Assembly: GCA_002269645.1 (NCBI GenBank)
Contig: NIVC01005004.1
Location: forward strand, 1 to 28,703
Origin: Macrostomum lignano
Lineage: Eukaryota
DNA length: 28,703 nt
Direction of reading: 5' to 3'
Shown: in pieces, positions 1-13,250 of the stretch
How the letters are laid out: the number at the start of each line of letters is the position of its first letter
How positions within the stretch are numbered: position 1 is the stretch's first letter
Position numbers and translations under genes: made by a program
Notes under the pieces: model-generated
What the model was told of the DNA's origin: nothing
What the model saw: the letters and a program-made list of their open reading frames with translations, nothing else
Databases searched by the model: none

Positions 1-3000
1 AGAGATAAGAGAGAGTATATGCAGAGATAAGAGAGAGTATATGCAGAGATAGAGAGAGTAGATTCAGAGATAAGAGAGAGTAGATTCAGAGGTAAGAGAG
101 AATAGCTACAGAGATAAGAGAGAGTAGATTCAGACATAAGAGAGAGTAGATTCAGAGATAAGGAGAGTAGATTCAGAGATAAGAGAGAGTAGATTCAGAG
201 ATAAGAGAGAGTAGATTCAGAGATAAGAGAGAGTAGACTCAGAGTTAAGAGAGAGTAGATTCAGAGATAGAAGAGAGTATATGTAGAGATAAGAGAGAGT
301 AGATTCAGAGATAAGAGAAAGTAGATACAGAGATAAGAGAGAGTAGATACAGAGATAAGAGAGAGTAGATACAGAGATAAGAGAGAGTATATGCAGAGAT
401 AAGAGAGAGTAGATTCAGAGATAAGAGAAAGTAGATACAGAGATAAGAGAGAGTAGACTCAGAGTTAAGAGAGAGTAGATTCAGAGATAAGAGAGAGTAT
501 GTAGAGATAAAGAGAGAGTAGATTTAGAGATAAGAGAAAGTAGATACAGAGATAAGAGAGAGTAGATACAAGATAAGAGAGAGTAGATACAGAGATAAGA
601 GAGAGTATATGCAAGATAAGAGAGAGTAGATACAGAGATAAGAGAGATATATGCAGAGATAAGAGAGAGTAGATACAGAGATAAGAGAGAGTATATGCAG
701 AGATAGATAGATACAGAGATAAGAGAGAGTCTATGCAGAGATAGAGAGAGTATATGCAGAGATAAGAGAGAGAGTATATGCAGAGATAAGAGAGAGAGTA
801 TATGCAGAGATAAAGATAGTATATGCAGAGATAAGGAGAGTATATGCAGAGATAAGGGAGAGTATATGCAGAGATAAGAGAGAGTATATGCAGAGATAAG
901 GGAGAGTATATGCAGAGATAAGAGAGAGTATATGCAGAGATAAGAGAGAGTATATGCAGAGATAAGAGAGAGTATATTCAGAGATAAGAGGAGTATGTGC
1001 AGAGATAAGAGAGAATATGTGCAGAGATAAGAGAGAGTATATTCAGAGATAAAGAGAGAGTATATGCAGAGATAAGAGAGAGTATGCAGAAATGAGAGAG
1101 TAGATGCAGAGATAAGAGAGAGTTATGCAGAGATAAGGAGAGTAATGCAGATAGAGAGAGTAGATGCAGAGATAAGAGAGAGTAGATTCAGAGATAAGAG
1201 AGAGTAGATGCAGAGATAAGAGAGAGTATATGCAGAGATAAGAGAGAGTAGATACAGAGATAAGAGAGAGTATATGCAGAGATAAGAGAGAGAGTATATG
1301 CAGAGATAAGAGAGAGAGTATATGCAGAGATAAGAGAGAGTATATGCAGAGATAAGGGAGAGTATGTGCAGAGATAAGAGAGAGTATATGCAGAGATAAG
1401 AGAGAGTATATGCAGAGATAAGAGAGAGAGTATATGCAGAGATAAGAGAGAGAGCATATGCAGAGATAAGGGAGAGTAGATTCAGAGATAAGAGAGAGTA
1501 GATGCAGAGATAAGAGAGAGTAGATTCAGAGATAAGAGAGAGCATATGCAGAGATAAGGGAGAGTAGATTCAGAGATAAGGGAGAGTAGATTCAGAGATA
1601 AGGGAGAGTATATGCAGAGATAAGAGAGAGTATATGCAGAGATAAGAGAGAGTATATGCAGAGATAAGAGAGAGTATATTCAGAGATAAGAGAGAGTATG
1701 TGCAGAGATAAGAGAGAATATGTGCAGAGATAAGAGAGAGTATATTCAGAGATAAGAGAGAGAGTATATGCAGAGATAAGAGAGAGTATATGCAGAGATA
1801 AGAGAGAGTAGATGCAGAGATAAGAGAGAGTATATGCAGAGATAAGAGAGAGTAGATTCAGAGATAAGAGAGAGTATGTGCAGAGATAAGAGAGAGTATG
1901 TGCAGAGATAAGAGAGAGTATATTCAGAGATAAGAGAGAGAGTATATGCAGAGATAAGAGAGAGTATATGCAGAGATAAGAGAGAGTAGATGCAGAGATA
2001 AGAGAGAGTATATGCAGAGATAAGAGAGAGTATATGCAGAGATAAGAGAGAGTCTACAGAGATAAGAGAGAGTAGATTCAGAGATAAGAGAGAGTAGATG
2101 CAGAGATAAGAGAGAGTATATGCAGAGATAAGAGAGAGTAGATTCAGAGATAAGAGAGAGTCTATGCAGAGATAAGAGAGAGTAGATACAGAGATAAGAG
2201 AGAGTATACAGAGATAAGAGAGAGTAGATATCAGAGATAAGAGAGAGTAGATACAGAGATAAGAGAGAGTATATGCAGAGATAAGAGAGAGAGTATATGC
2301 AGAGATAAGAGAGAGTAGATACAGAGATAAGAGAGAGTAGATACAGAGATAAGAGAGAGTATACAGAGATAAGAGAGAGTAGTATATGCAGAGATAAGAG
2401 ATAGTATATGCAGAGATAAGAGAGAGTATATGCAGAGATAAGAGAGTATATGCAGAGATAAGAGAGAGTATATGCAGAGATAAGGGAGAGTATATGCAGA
2501 GATAAGAGAGAGTATATGCAGAGATAAGAGAGAGTATAGAGAGAGAGTATATGCAGAGATAAGAGAGAGTATATGCAGAGATAAGAGAGAGTAGCAGAGA
2601 TAAGAGAGAGTATAGAGTAGCAGAGATAAGAGAGAGTAGATTCAGAGATAAGAGAGAGTATATGCAGAGATAAGAGAGAGTCTATGCAGAGATAAGAGAG
2701 AGTAGATTCAGAGATAAGAGAGAGTAGATTCAGAGATAAGAGAGAGTATATGCAGAGATAAGAGAGAGTAGATTCAGAGATAAGAGAGAGAGTATATGCA
2801 GAGATAAGAGAGAGTATATGCAGAGATAAGAGAGAGTATGTGCAGAGATAAGAGAGAGTATGTGCAGAGATAAGAGAGAGTATATGCAGAGATAAGAGAG
2901 AGTAGATGCAGAGATAAGAGAGAGTATATGCAGAGATAAGAGAGAGTAGATTCAGAGATAAGAGATAGTAGAGATAAGAGAGAGTATATGCAGAGATAAG

Positions 3001-3540
3001 AGAGAGTAGATTCAGAGATAAGAGAGAGTATATGCAGAGATAAGAGAGAGTAGATTCAGAGATAAGAGAGAGTATATGCAGAGATAAGAGAGAGTAGATT
3101 CAGAGATAAGAGAGAGTATATGCAGAGATAAGAGAGAGTATGTGCAGAGATAAGAGAGAGTAGAGAGATAAGAGAGAGTATATGAGAGATAAGAGAGAGT
3201 ATGTGCAGAGATAAGAGAGAGTATGTAGAGATAAGAGAGAGTATACAGAGATAAGAGAGAGAGTATATGAGAGAGTATATGAGAGATAAGAGAGAGTAGC
3301 TACAGAGATAAGAGATAAGAGAGAGTATATTAGAGATAAGAGAGAGTAGCAGAGATAAGAGAGAGTAATGCAGAGATAAGAGAGAGTAGATGCAGAGATA
3401 AGAGAGAGTATATGCAGAGATAAGAGAGAGTATATGCAGAGATAAGAGAGAGTAGATGCAGAGATAAGAGAGAGTAGATTCAGAGATAAGAGAGAGTAGA
3501 TTCAGAGATAAGAGAGAGAGTAGATACAGAGATAAGAGAG
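1..3540. repeat. Minisatellite, about 22-bp purine-rich unit CAGAGATAAGAGAGAGTA(TATG/GATT/GATA); truncated by the window edge
   Basis: Direct tandem repetition of roughly 150 units, with variable GA-run length. Confidence 0.99.
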
Positions 3541-4397
3541 AACAGACACCTAAGAGACAGAGAGTAAACACAGAGAGAAAGCCATCAATCCAGATTGCAG
3601 CATACAATTTGCATAAATCTGATCGATTCCAAAAAGCTGATCGATCGAAAAGCGAAATTAAAAATGTTAAAATTAGAATCCGAAGCAGTAGAGAAAGTTG
3701 CATCTAAAATACAGTGACAGTTTTGCAGGGCCAAGGTGTATTAGTATCGAATCTTCTATTCTAGAGCTTTCTTCCTATCACATAAGACAAGTATTGAATT
3801 TCTTCAGTTCCTCTTGTGAAATCACTGTCCCTTACATGTATAATGATCCTAACTTAATATGCGCCAAAAGCATTGGTTGTCAGCTTCAATTTGGAATTTC
3901 TAATATGGTCCCGACGGTCATGGACTGCTAGAGACGTCCTGTGTTCAGATACACATAGCAGTTGAGCTTTTCCAATCCAGTTTCTATACTTCTTTAGCAG
4001 TCCTTGTTCTGAGCCGCCGGACCCCGCCTCCCTGTGTCCGCCTCGCTAATCACGGCATGCGTTGCCTCCATCCTCCTCTCTCACTCTCTCTCTCTCTCTC
4101 TCCTGCTTTACATCGCCTCGAGCAATCTATTGTTCGATTAACTGTCCAGCTCTGCTTTCATGCTAGTTTCGGGTCTCTGGTGGCTGGCTCCCAATACATG
4201 GGGGATATCATGTTAGCTATTGGATAGGATAGATCGGGGATTGATGGGTTATCCTCTTCTTGTAGCTTTCGCTGTCTCTAACTCTCGACTGTGGATTCTG
4301 TTGCATTTGTGTTTCTTTTCCTATATGACTAGCCTAAGATTCTATGTGTGAATCTCTGACTCCTATCAGCCGTTGTCTCACCTTGTCAATATAAACG

Positions 4398-4808
4398 GAT
4401 CTCACCTTTATTTTAGTGAATCTCACCCTGCCTGAATTAGTCTCACGCTATTTGAGCGAATCTCACCCGTTTGAGTGAATCTCACCCGCCTGAGTGAATC
4501 TCACCCCATCTGAGTGAATCTCACTCGCCTGAGTGAATCTCACCCCATCTGAGTGAATCTCACTCTTATTTCAGTGAATCCCACCCTGTATGAGTGAATC
4601 TCACCCTTATTAGAGTGAATCTCACCCTATCTGAGTGAATCCTACCCCATCTGAGTGAATCTCACCCTATCTGAGCGAATCTCACCTTTTTGAGTGAATC
4701 TCACCCTATCTGAGTGAGTCTCACCTTATTTGAATGGGTCTCGCCTTATTTGAGTGAATCTCAATCTTATTTGAGTGAATCTCACCCTGTCTGAGTGAAT
4801 CTCACCTG
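4398..4808. repeat. Diverged minisatellite, 19-21 bp unit TGAGTGAATCTCACC-N4-6
   Basis: About 20 units with a conserved quasi-palindromic core (GTGA-ATC-TCAC) and a variable linker. Confidence 0.95.
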
Positions 4809-5610
4809 TCTACCTATGGCTTCAAAATCTTCCTTAATCCGATGATGTCTTGCGGTGAAGTTCATCAATAAAAAAGTTCTGCAAGCGAGGTGAAGCAGAC
4901 AGGTGCTGCAATGCCACACTCGAGCCCGGCTGCTTGCTCACAAAAAGAATATTTACTACCCATAAATTAGGATGCTCAAGAACTGACACTCACGAAAATC
5001 TGCTCATTGATGGGATCTCGTCAGCTTTGCAAACAACACTCCCCATTATCCATTGTCCCATTGTCAATCACAAAGACCAGCCTTGGGGCACCCTTCTCCT
5101 AAAAGAATTTGTTGCAGAAATGCAAAAGAAGGCACTGCTCTTTTGAATTATTTTCCATAGATTCTTGAAATTCTTACTTAGATAACTTTTTTAGTCGCGC
5201 GAGATTTTCGACAGATGCATGGGGGATTCTGTTAGGTAAAAAATCCTTTCATTTTGTCTTTGTTAAAAAAGGTGTGAATTTTTATCCCATTGCCCAGCAG
5301 CAGGGGACACCTGCAACACAAAATAGGAATTAGATCACACAGGTGGTTATTCCATTAACATTGCAGGGGTGCTTTTCATTCCATGCCAACTGTTTGATAT
5401 TCATAGCTCTCGTATATTGTCAAGCTGTCATTAGCTCGGTGTAAGATTCGCTATGGGTGGCCTCGACTTTAGAGGATATCCCTTGGTGTAAATATGTAAA
5501 TAATTGATTTTTTAGCATCTGGCAGTTAGAATTGAACTAATGTATATGTATGCAACCTCATCTTCAAAATTTGAACTTTCAGTCAGTTCTACTAAAACTG
5601 AAACACGTTA

Positions 5611-6173
5611 TCCGTGAACAGAGATCTTTCCCGTGAACAGAGATCTTTCCCGGGAACAGAGATCTTTCCCGTGAACAGAGATCCCAATTCCCGTGAACAG
5701 AGATCCCAAATTCCCGTGAACAGAGATCCCAATTCCCGTGAACAGAGATCCCAATTCCCGTGAACAGAGATCTTTCCCGGGAACAGAGATCTTTCCCGGG
5801 AACAGAGATCTTTCCCGTGAACAGAGATTTCAATTCCCGTGAACAGAGATCCCAATTCCCGTGAACAGAGATTTCAATTCCCGTGAACAGAGATCCCAAT
5901 TCCCGTGAACAGAGATCCCAATTCCTGTGAACAGAGATCCCAATACCCGTGAACAGAGATCCCAATTCCCGTGAACAGAGATCCCAATACCCGTGAACAG
6001 AGATCCCAATTCCCGTGAACAGAGATCCCAATACCCGTGAACAGAGATCCCAATACCCGTGAACAGAGATCCCAATACCCGTAAACAGAGATCTTTACCG
6101 TGAACAGAGATCCCGATTCCCGTGAACAGAGATCCCGATTCCCGTGAACAGAGATCCCAATTCCCGTGGAACA
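5611..6173. repeat. Minisatellite, 19-22 bp unit CCCGTGAACAGAGATC(TTT/CCAATT)
   Basis: Direct tandem repetition of about 27 units with two linker variants. Confidence 0.98.
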
Positions 6174-6744
6174 ATGACCCTTAGTTCTGTCTCCTTAGCT
6201 ACTGAAGGTGCAGAATGTTTTTTAAATCAGGAAAAATTGTTTTCTCAAAATCTAGTGCGATCAACTTCAACTTCCTGACAATTAGACAATTACATCCGCA
6301 ATCACAATGGGATTACATTGTGCTAATTTATTTAAAATCAGCTCTACCATTAAGGCACAAGGCAGAGTGACCTCACTCACCTCCCAAACAGCATCAAGGG
6401 ATGAAGCGCACACGGCTAAGTAGATTAAAACATTTGCTTGATTACAGAGAGTAAATCCCATTATTTAGGATTCAATTTGCCTTTCTCTTTTCTCTCTCCT
6501 TTGCTGATATCAAAAGGTTGTCTTTGAGTTCTGCAAGATCACCCAGATTCATATCTTAGATAGGAGAAGAATTTCGATTATGAGTAAGCGCAATATGACG
6601 GAGTTTTTTTGTTGCCATACGCTGCAACAAACACATGTCAGGGCAGAGGGTCTCTTTCCTGCTCCAAAGAAGTTCTGGCGAAGTCGGCGGTTGCAAGTTT
6701 GACACTTTTTGTCGTGACCGACGCCTTCTGAGTGGGTAACCATT

Positions 6745-7066
6745 CCTGACAACCAATATGGCTCCCCTGACAACCAATATGGCACCCCTAACAACCAATA
6801 TGGCGCACCTGACAACCAATATGGCCCCCCTAACAACCAATATGGCCCCCCTAACAACCAATATGGCTCCCCTGACAACCAATATGGCGCCACTGACAAC
6901 CAATATGGCTCCCCTGACAACCAATATGGCACCCCTAACAACCAATATGGCGCACCTGACAACCAATATGGCCCCCCTAACAACCAATATGGCTCCCCTG
7001 ACAACCAATATGGCGCCCCTGACAACCAATATGGCTCCCCTGACAACCAATATGGCGCCCCTGACA
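6745..7066. repeat. Minisatellite, 21-bp unit ACAACCAATATGGCNCCCCT(G/A)
   Basis: About 15 units; explains the MAPLTTN and related spurious ORFs. Confidence 0.98.
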
Positions 7067-7554
7067 AAGTGGCACTCAACTTGTTCGAGTCCATCAACTA
7101 CTATTACACAGTGAACTGCTCATCTTTTATACAGTATAGCTCGTAGCTACTAAATAAGGCGGCTGCAGCATCAGCAATCTCAGCCAGAAATCGGGATCTC
7201 CATCTTCCCCCAAGGCTAGGGATTTGGCGCATGCAGGTTTTGCTGGGATCTCAACTCTCCCTCTTCCCTATTCGAAGATAGACAGGCAGTCTCCAAATAA
7301 ACTTTAATCCTTTCTTGTACCGACTGGATCGAGTCCTGTGTCTTTCACCCACTCAAACTCTGTGAGTCTGCCACTTGTCTTTTCTCCCCAATCCCAATCC
7401 TTCATCTTTCGCTGGAGATGTAGCCATGTGCTGAGGCGGATTATCTCCACTTTTCTCAACGACAAAAAAATCTCAAAAATCTCTGCGTCCAGGGACCGCT
7501 GAAAAACTGGACGGGAGAGTAGAGAAGCCAAACTATGTAACTATCAACATCTTA

Positions 7555-8963
7555 GCCCACCAACAGACAGGGGGCGCCCACCAACAGACAGGGGGCGCCC
7601 ACCAAGAGACAGGGGCGCCCACCAAGAGACAGGGGGCGCCCACCAAGAGACAGGGGGCGCCCACCAAGAGACAGGGGGCCCACCAAGAGACAGGGGGCGC
7701 CCACCAAGAGACAGGGGCGCCCACCAAGAGACAGGTGGCGCCCACCAACAGACAGGGGCCCCCACCAAGAGACAGGTGGCGCCCACCAACAGACAGGTGG
7801 CGCCCACCAACAGACAGGGGCCCCCACCAAGAGACAGGTGGCGCCCACCAACAGACAGGTGGCGCCCACCAAGAGACAGGGGCGCCCACCAAGAGACAGG
7901 GGGCGCCCACCAAGAGACAGGGGGCGCCCACCAAGAGACAGGGGGCGCCCACCAAGAGACAGGGGGCGCCCACCAAGAGACAGGGGCGCCCACCAACAGA
8001 CAGGGGCCCCACCAAGAGACAGGGGGCGCCCACCAAGAGACAGGTGGCGCCCACCAAGAGACAGGGGCGCCCACCAAGAGACAGGGGGCGCCCACCAAGA
8101 GACAGGGGCGCCCACCAAGAGACAGGGGCGCCCACCAAGAGACAGGGGGCGCCCACCAAGAGACAGGGGCCCCCACCAAAAGATAGGGGCCCCCACCAAG
8201 AGACAGGGGGCGCCCACCAAGAGACAGGGGGCGCCCACCAAGAGACAGGGGGCGCCCACCAAGAGACAGGGGCGCCCACCAAGAGACAGGGGGCGCCCAC
8301 CAAGAGACAGGGGCCCCACCAAAGATAGGGGCCCCACCAAGAGACAGGGGCGCCCACCAAGAGACAGGGGGCGCCCACCAAGAGACAGGTGGCGCCCACC
8401 AACAGACAGGTGGCGCCCACCAAGAGACAGGGGGCGCCCTCCAAGAGACAGGGGCCCCACCAAAAGATAGGGGCCCCACCAAGAGACAGGGGGCGCCCAC
8501 CAAGAGACAGGGGGCGCCCACCAAGAGACAGGTGGCGCCCACCAAGAGACAGGGGCCCCACCAAGAGACAGGGGGCGCCCTCCAACAGACAGGGGCCCCG
8601 ACCAAGAGACAGGGGGCGCCCACCAAGAGACAGGGGCGCCCTCCAAGAGACAGGGGGCGCCCTCCAAGAGACAGGGGCCCCCACCAAGAGACAGGGGCCC
8701 ACCAAGAGACAGGGGGCGCCCACCAAGAGACAGACGCCCCAAGAAAGGGGCACCCATCAAGAGACAGGGCCCACCAAGAGACAGGGCCCACCAAGAGACA
8801 GGGACACCCACCAAGAGACATGGGGGCACCCATCAAGAGACAGGAGCACCCACCAAGAGACAGGGATTCCCACCAAGAGACAGGGACACCCACCAAGAGA
8901 CAGGGACACCCACCAAGAGACAGGGATGCCCACCAAGAGACAGGGACGCCCACCATGAGACAG
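7555..8963. repeat. Minisatellite, 20-21 bp unit GGGGCGCCCACCAAGAGACA(G)
   Basis: About 65-70 units, degenerating after about 8730. ORFs occur in nearly all frames, as expected for an array. Confidence 0.99.
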
Positions 8964-9890
8964 TCAAAGTGGTTCTCTTAGGTTTTAACGAAACGAAAAT
9001 AATATAAAACGAAATAAATTAACTAAAAAATATATTTCTTCAAAAAGGAAATTTTCTATAAAAAATAGAATATAATATTCTATTACATTTGTCCACATTT
9101 TAGCCAGATGCATGCATCGCGTTTCCAGTCCAAGTAGCCAAAGGTCCATGAACCTGTCCGCCGCAATGGCCGCATCCTTTAGATGGCGCCAAGGTTATGC
9201 AAAATTCTGGCATAAATTCTGACATGCTGGCATATGTATTCCCACGGAATGGATTAAGGGTGTAAATATTCCCCCTAAAGGTTCTCCCCTAATCGACAGC
9301 CGCTCAAGTATCTGCGATACACTTCACACGTCTCGCAGTTGCCAACCAAAATCTCGAAATGATTTTTTTAATCCCCAAATTTTGTCGGATTGTTGGCAAG
9401 GTGCCGATGGGTGGGATAATCCTTCTGTGGCTTGGGGATGACTTGATACACGACTGAAGGAGGCTTCTGGGCTTGGGTAGGTATATCGTGGGTGGCACAG
9501 CACGGCCCCAGGGGCAATGGGCTTTGGCGCAATAATCTCTCACTAATCTTCTTTTACATTATTTCGTATTTAGTTCGTGTCAGTTATTGTTGTTAAATGA
9601 ATGAGGATTATATTGTTCGATATAAATCCCCAGCAGCTTAATCCATTCTTGGTATCAACATTTTCAAGGGGATGCCGAGCGAGTGTGCCAAGTTAGTGTT
9701 GATCTTAGTCGATACATTCAGTAGCTTTGTGAAGATGCTCTAAGCTCCTGCATTGCTTTCGAAGCAAGCAAATATTCGGGACAGTGTGGCTTCACAAGAA
9801 AAAAGTGATGAAATTATCTAGGTAGAAAGACAGACAGAGAAGGGGGAATTTATAGAGTGAGATGATAGATTAGAAAGAAAGAGAAAGAGA

Positions 9891-10465
9891 TGAGAGGGTG
9901 AGAAGAGGGTGAAGAGGCTGAGAGGAGAGGGTGAGAGGACAGTGGAGAGGGTAATAGGAGAGTGGAGAGGGTGAGAGGAGAGTAGAGAGGAGAGTGGAGA
10001 GGGTGAGAGGAGAGTGGAGAGTGGAGAGGAGAGTGGAGAGGAGAGTGGAGAGGGTGAGAGGAGAGTGGAGAGTGGAGAGGAGAGTGGAGAGGAGAGTATA
10101 GAGGGTGAGAGGAGAGTGGAGAATGGAGAGGAGAGTGGAGAGGGTGAGAGGAGAGTGGAGAGGGTGAGAGGAGAGTATAGAGGGTGAGAGGAGAGTATAG
10201 AGGGTGAGAGGAGAGTAGAGAGGAGAGTATAGAGGGTGAGAGGAGAGTGGAGAGGGTGAGAGGAGAGTATAGAGGGTGAGAGGAGAGTATAGAGGGTGAG
10301 AGGAGAGTGGAGAGGGTGAGAGGAGAGTAGAGAGGAGAGTATAGAGGGTGAGAGGAGAGTGGAGAATGGAGAGGAGAGTATAGAGGGTGAGAGGAGAGTG
10401 GAGAGGGTGAGAGGAGAGTAGAGAGGAGAGTATAGACGGTGAGAGGAGAGTGGAGACAGTGAGAA
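9891..10465. repeat. Polypurine minisatellite, 20-bp unit GAGAGGGTGAGAGGAGAGT(G/A) with 11-bp subunits
   Basis: Direct tandem repetition; the + strand has almost no C. Confidence 0.95.
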
Positions 10466-11169
10466 GATAGTGGGGCAGGGTGAGTGGTGAAGGGAGAAGA
10501 TGAGAGGATGATAACATAGAGATGAGATGAAAGGCGCGAGATGAGAGTATGATTAAATATTCAGAGCAAATTCTGTCTAAAATGTTCTAATGGAGGCTTG
10601 CTTTAAGCATCTATCAGTCTATCATCTAATTGCCGCAAACTCAAGTCACAAAGGATGAATATCAGAAAGGCACTGAGAAATTCATGATTCAAAGCCAATT
10701 CAGCATAGAGAACTCTTTGTCATTTGTTTCTACCATATAGTCTATATCTATACTTGGCTACCTAAATATGCACATGCTGAGAAGAGAGCCCCCAGGCAGT
10801 GGATTGAGGAGGGCGAATTGCTGACGATGCCTGACTGAAATGGCATTCGAAATGATACAGCACAAGAAGCAAAAATTGTTCCGAAGCAGATCTGCTTCTT
10901 TTGGCTATTTGACTAAGCAATCCCGAACGGCGTGGCACAGCAAACAAATGAATGAAGCGGCTGATAATTGCTGCCGGAATAGCGTGACCCGGATTCGAGC
11001 CCGGAACTCTCTTGCAGGCAGCAGCTACGGCCACCTGCTGCCTTCGACTGTGAATTGATCTGCTTCTTTTCTGCTTGCATCCGCTTTGTTCTCAAGCAAA
11101 ACAGAAGCAGCGCTTCCTGATTCTCTGTGGTGTCTGCTTTGGTCACGGATGCCAGTCAGAATTGCCATC

Positions 11170-11442
<273 letters not shown>

Positions 11443-11462
11443 AAATACAAAGAAAGGAAGAT

Positions 11463-11919
11463 GCCTCAGGCTCAGGTGCAACATGGTCGGTAACAAGTTT
11501 TACATTACTGTCGGAATTTCTTAAAAGCAGAAGATTTCAATTAGCTGTATAGCCGGTGTCCAATGTCAGTGTATTCACATCCATTTAACATATATACAAA
11601 TTCATTTTTATACCCTAAGGGGCCCCCCGCCTGCGCGGTCAATTCAGCTTCGCGCATGGCAACTGCACAGGTAGCCCTGGGCCTGCTCCCGTGCTGCACA
11701 GTATAAATAAGCTGCTTCCACAGCACTGCAGCGCAAATATTTCTGCAGCCAAACGGGGGAAAACTTCTCAGCGTTGGGCGGAGGACAAGACGGGCGCGGG
11801 TGGACAGGGGCTGGGACAAGGGCAGGTTGCGACGGAGGCAAATGTAATTTAGACGATATAATATTAATATAATTGCTTACAGCCTTAGACTTTCACTTCC
11901 ATCATGACTTGCCCGAGGC
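11463..11919. promoter_or_regulatory. Cluster of three perfect AP-2 consensus sites (GCCN3GGC)
   Basis: GCCTCAGGC 11463-11471, GCCCTGGGC 11674-11682, GCCCGAGGC 11911-11919, plus the near-match CCCTAAGGG 11613-11621. Confidence 0.45.
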
Positions 11920-12539
11920 TATAAGCTAAGCCCGCCGCTGGGAAAATTAAGGGCTGGGGAATGAGGAATAATCCGCTGCAGCAGAGGAGAAAATTCAATT
12001 CCCATGATGGAGCTCAGTATAGAGTCTGCGCTTACACACTGTATACAGGAGACTTTGGGGAAGAAAAAAAGCGAAGTTCAATAGGGAGTTAGTTGCCTTA
12101 TAACATTTTCCATTCGACCAAGGACTTCTAGATAAGAAACATCTGGACTAGAAAGCATTCTTGAAGATTTACAGTTAGGCTACGAATATTTTTCGTGGTT
12201 TGCTCCAAACCAAACGCCTAATATCATAATTATCGTTACTACTATGGTCATGGAAGTCCTTGAATACTAAGCATGTTTTCATTTCAAACAGCAATAGTTA
12301 TTATTTATTACAAATATTTCTAATTTTAAATTCTGTCATTTCTAGGGCTAGACTGTAGAAGATTTGAATACTTGATTATAACTGAAGCTGACAACAGCAT
12401 CTATTCCTGCTTCTGAGTCTTGAGCTTATAAGTTTAGCTCCACTCCAGATCCCACCTCAGGCCCAGTGCCCTATAGGGACTCCATTACTTTCCTGTCATA
12501 TTGGTATTGGGAAGCGGGAACAGAAAATGGAGGGTAATT

Positions 12540-13250
12540 TCGCTTCGGGGTGGCTAGGGGTTGGTCGGCCAGGGGTCCAAGGATGAAGCGGGGGAGTCTG
12601 GGTCGAATCTTATAGGTTCCCGGAGGGTTCCGCCCGTCCGCCTGATCTGCTTCTCTTCCCCGCTCAGTCTGTCAGTCTGTCTCTGTTCCATCGTCTGAGA
12701 AAGACTTGGTTGGAGCCCTCAAGCTAGCCGGGGGTGGGGTGCGCTATACGCAATTTTCAGAGGGGCTTTGCATGGGTCTGGGAGATTCGCAGCCTGCCTG
12801 AAGCAGCGGCAGTAGCAGCAGCCGACCAGCCAACCAACTTGCAGCCTCCGGCTTCACCTCCCACCCGCCGCCGTCCGTCGCCCCCCCGCCCCGACATCCC
12901 CAGAAGCAACAAGAGACGGAAAAGAGGCGGCGGGCGAGTTAGGAACCGGAGATCCTCAATTTAGGCCCTCTGTGTGTGTCTGTCTCTCTGTGTGTCGCTC
13001 CTCAGAGCCGAAAGCTCCACCTTAGCCCGAAGGCCCGCCGCGTCGCTCTCGCTGCCATTCTCTCTATCCCCTCAGCTGCAGCCGGCGCCCTCTTCCCCTG
13101 TATCAGTCCTCGGGCCATAGACAATTCAGCTGGACTTACCCAGCCTGCCTGTCTCTCTCTCTCCGTTCCTATCTGCCTCTGGGCCCTTTTCCTCTCTCGG
13201 CACTTATTTGCGGCCCTTTGTGTGCCCCTCCCTCCACTCGGCCATTCTTA
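12540..13250 (+). promoter_or_regulatory. GC/CpG-rich and CT-rich block, likely proximal promoter and 5' UTR of AP-2
   Basis: Unique, CpG-dense sequence directly upstream of the candidate first exon. The transcription start cannot be placed from sequence alone. Confidence 0.4.

Noticed and set aside
4398-4808. CRISPR-like look of constant repeats with variable linkers (also 26351-26540)
   Set aside because: Linkers are only 4-9 nt and related to each other, there are no cas genes, and the context is a spliced animal gene.
5611-6173. STAT-like TTCN4GAA and CSL-like motifs in the repeat unit
   Set aside because: TTCCCGTG does not match the CSL site TTCCCACG, and the TTC-N4-GAA match is too permissive to support a claim.
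1123-7114. Leu/Ser-rich, GSLFTG and MAPLTTN repeat ORFs
   Set aside because: Translations of minisatellites with no unique coding flanks or splice support.
7533-8981. Overlapping 130-470 aa ORFs on both strands
   Set aside because: Open in nearly all frames of a 20-21 bp array; a compositional artefact.
10982-11035. tRNA-like fragment on the minus strand (GTGGCCGTAGCT...CCGGGCTCGAATCCGGGTCAC)
   Set aside because: It has an A-box-like start and a degenerate B box, but only about 18 nt lie between them, too few for D and anticodon arms, and the stems are imperfect. Not a tRNA; a decayed SINE head is possible and a genome-wide repeat search would decide.
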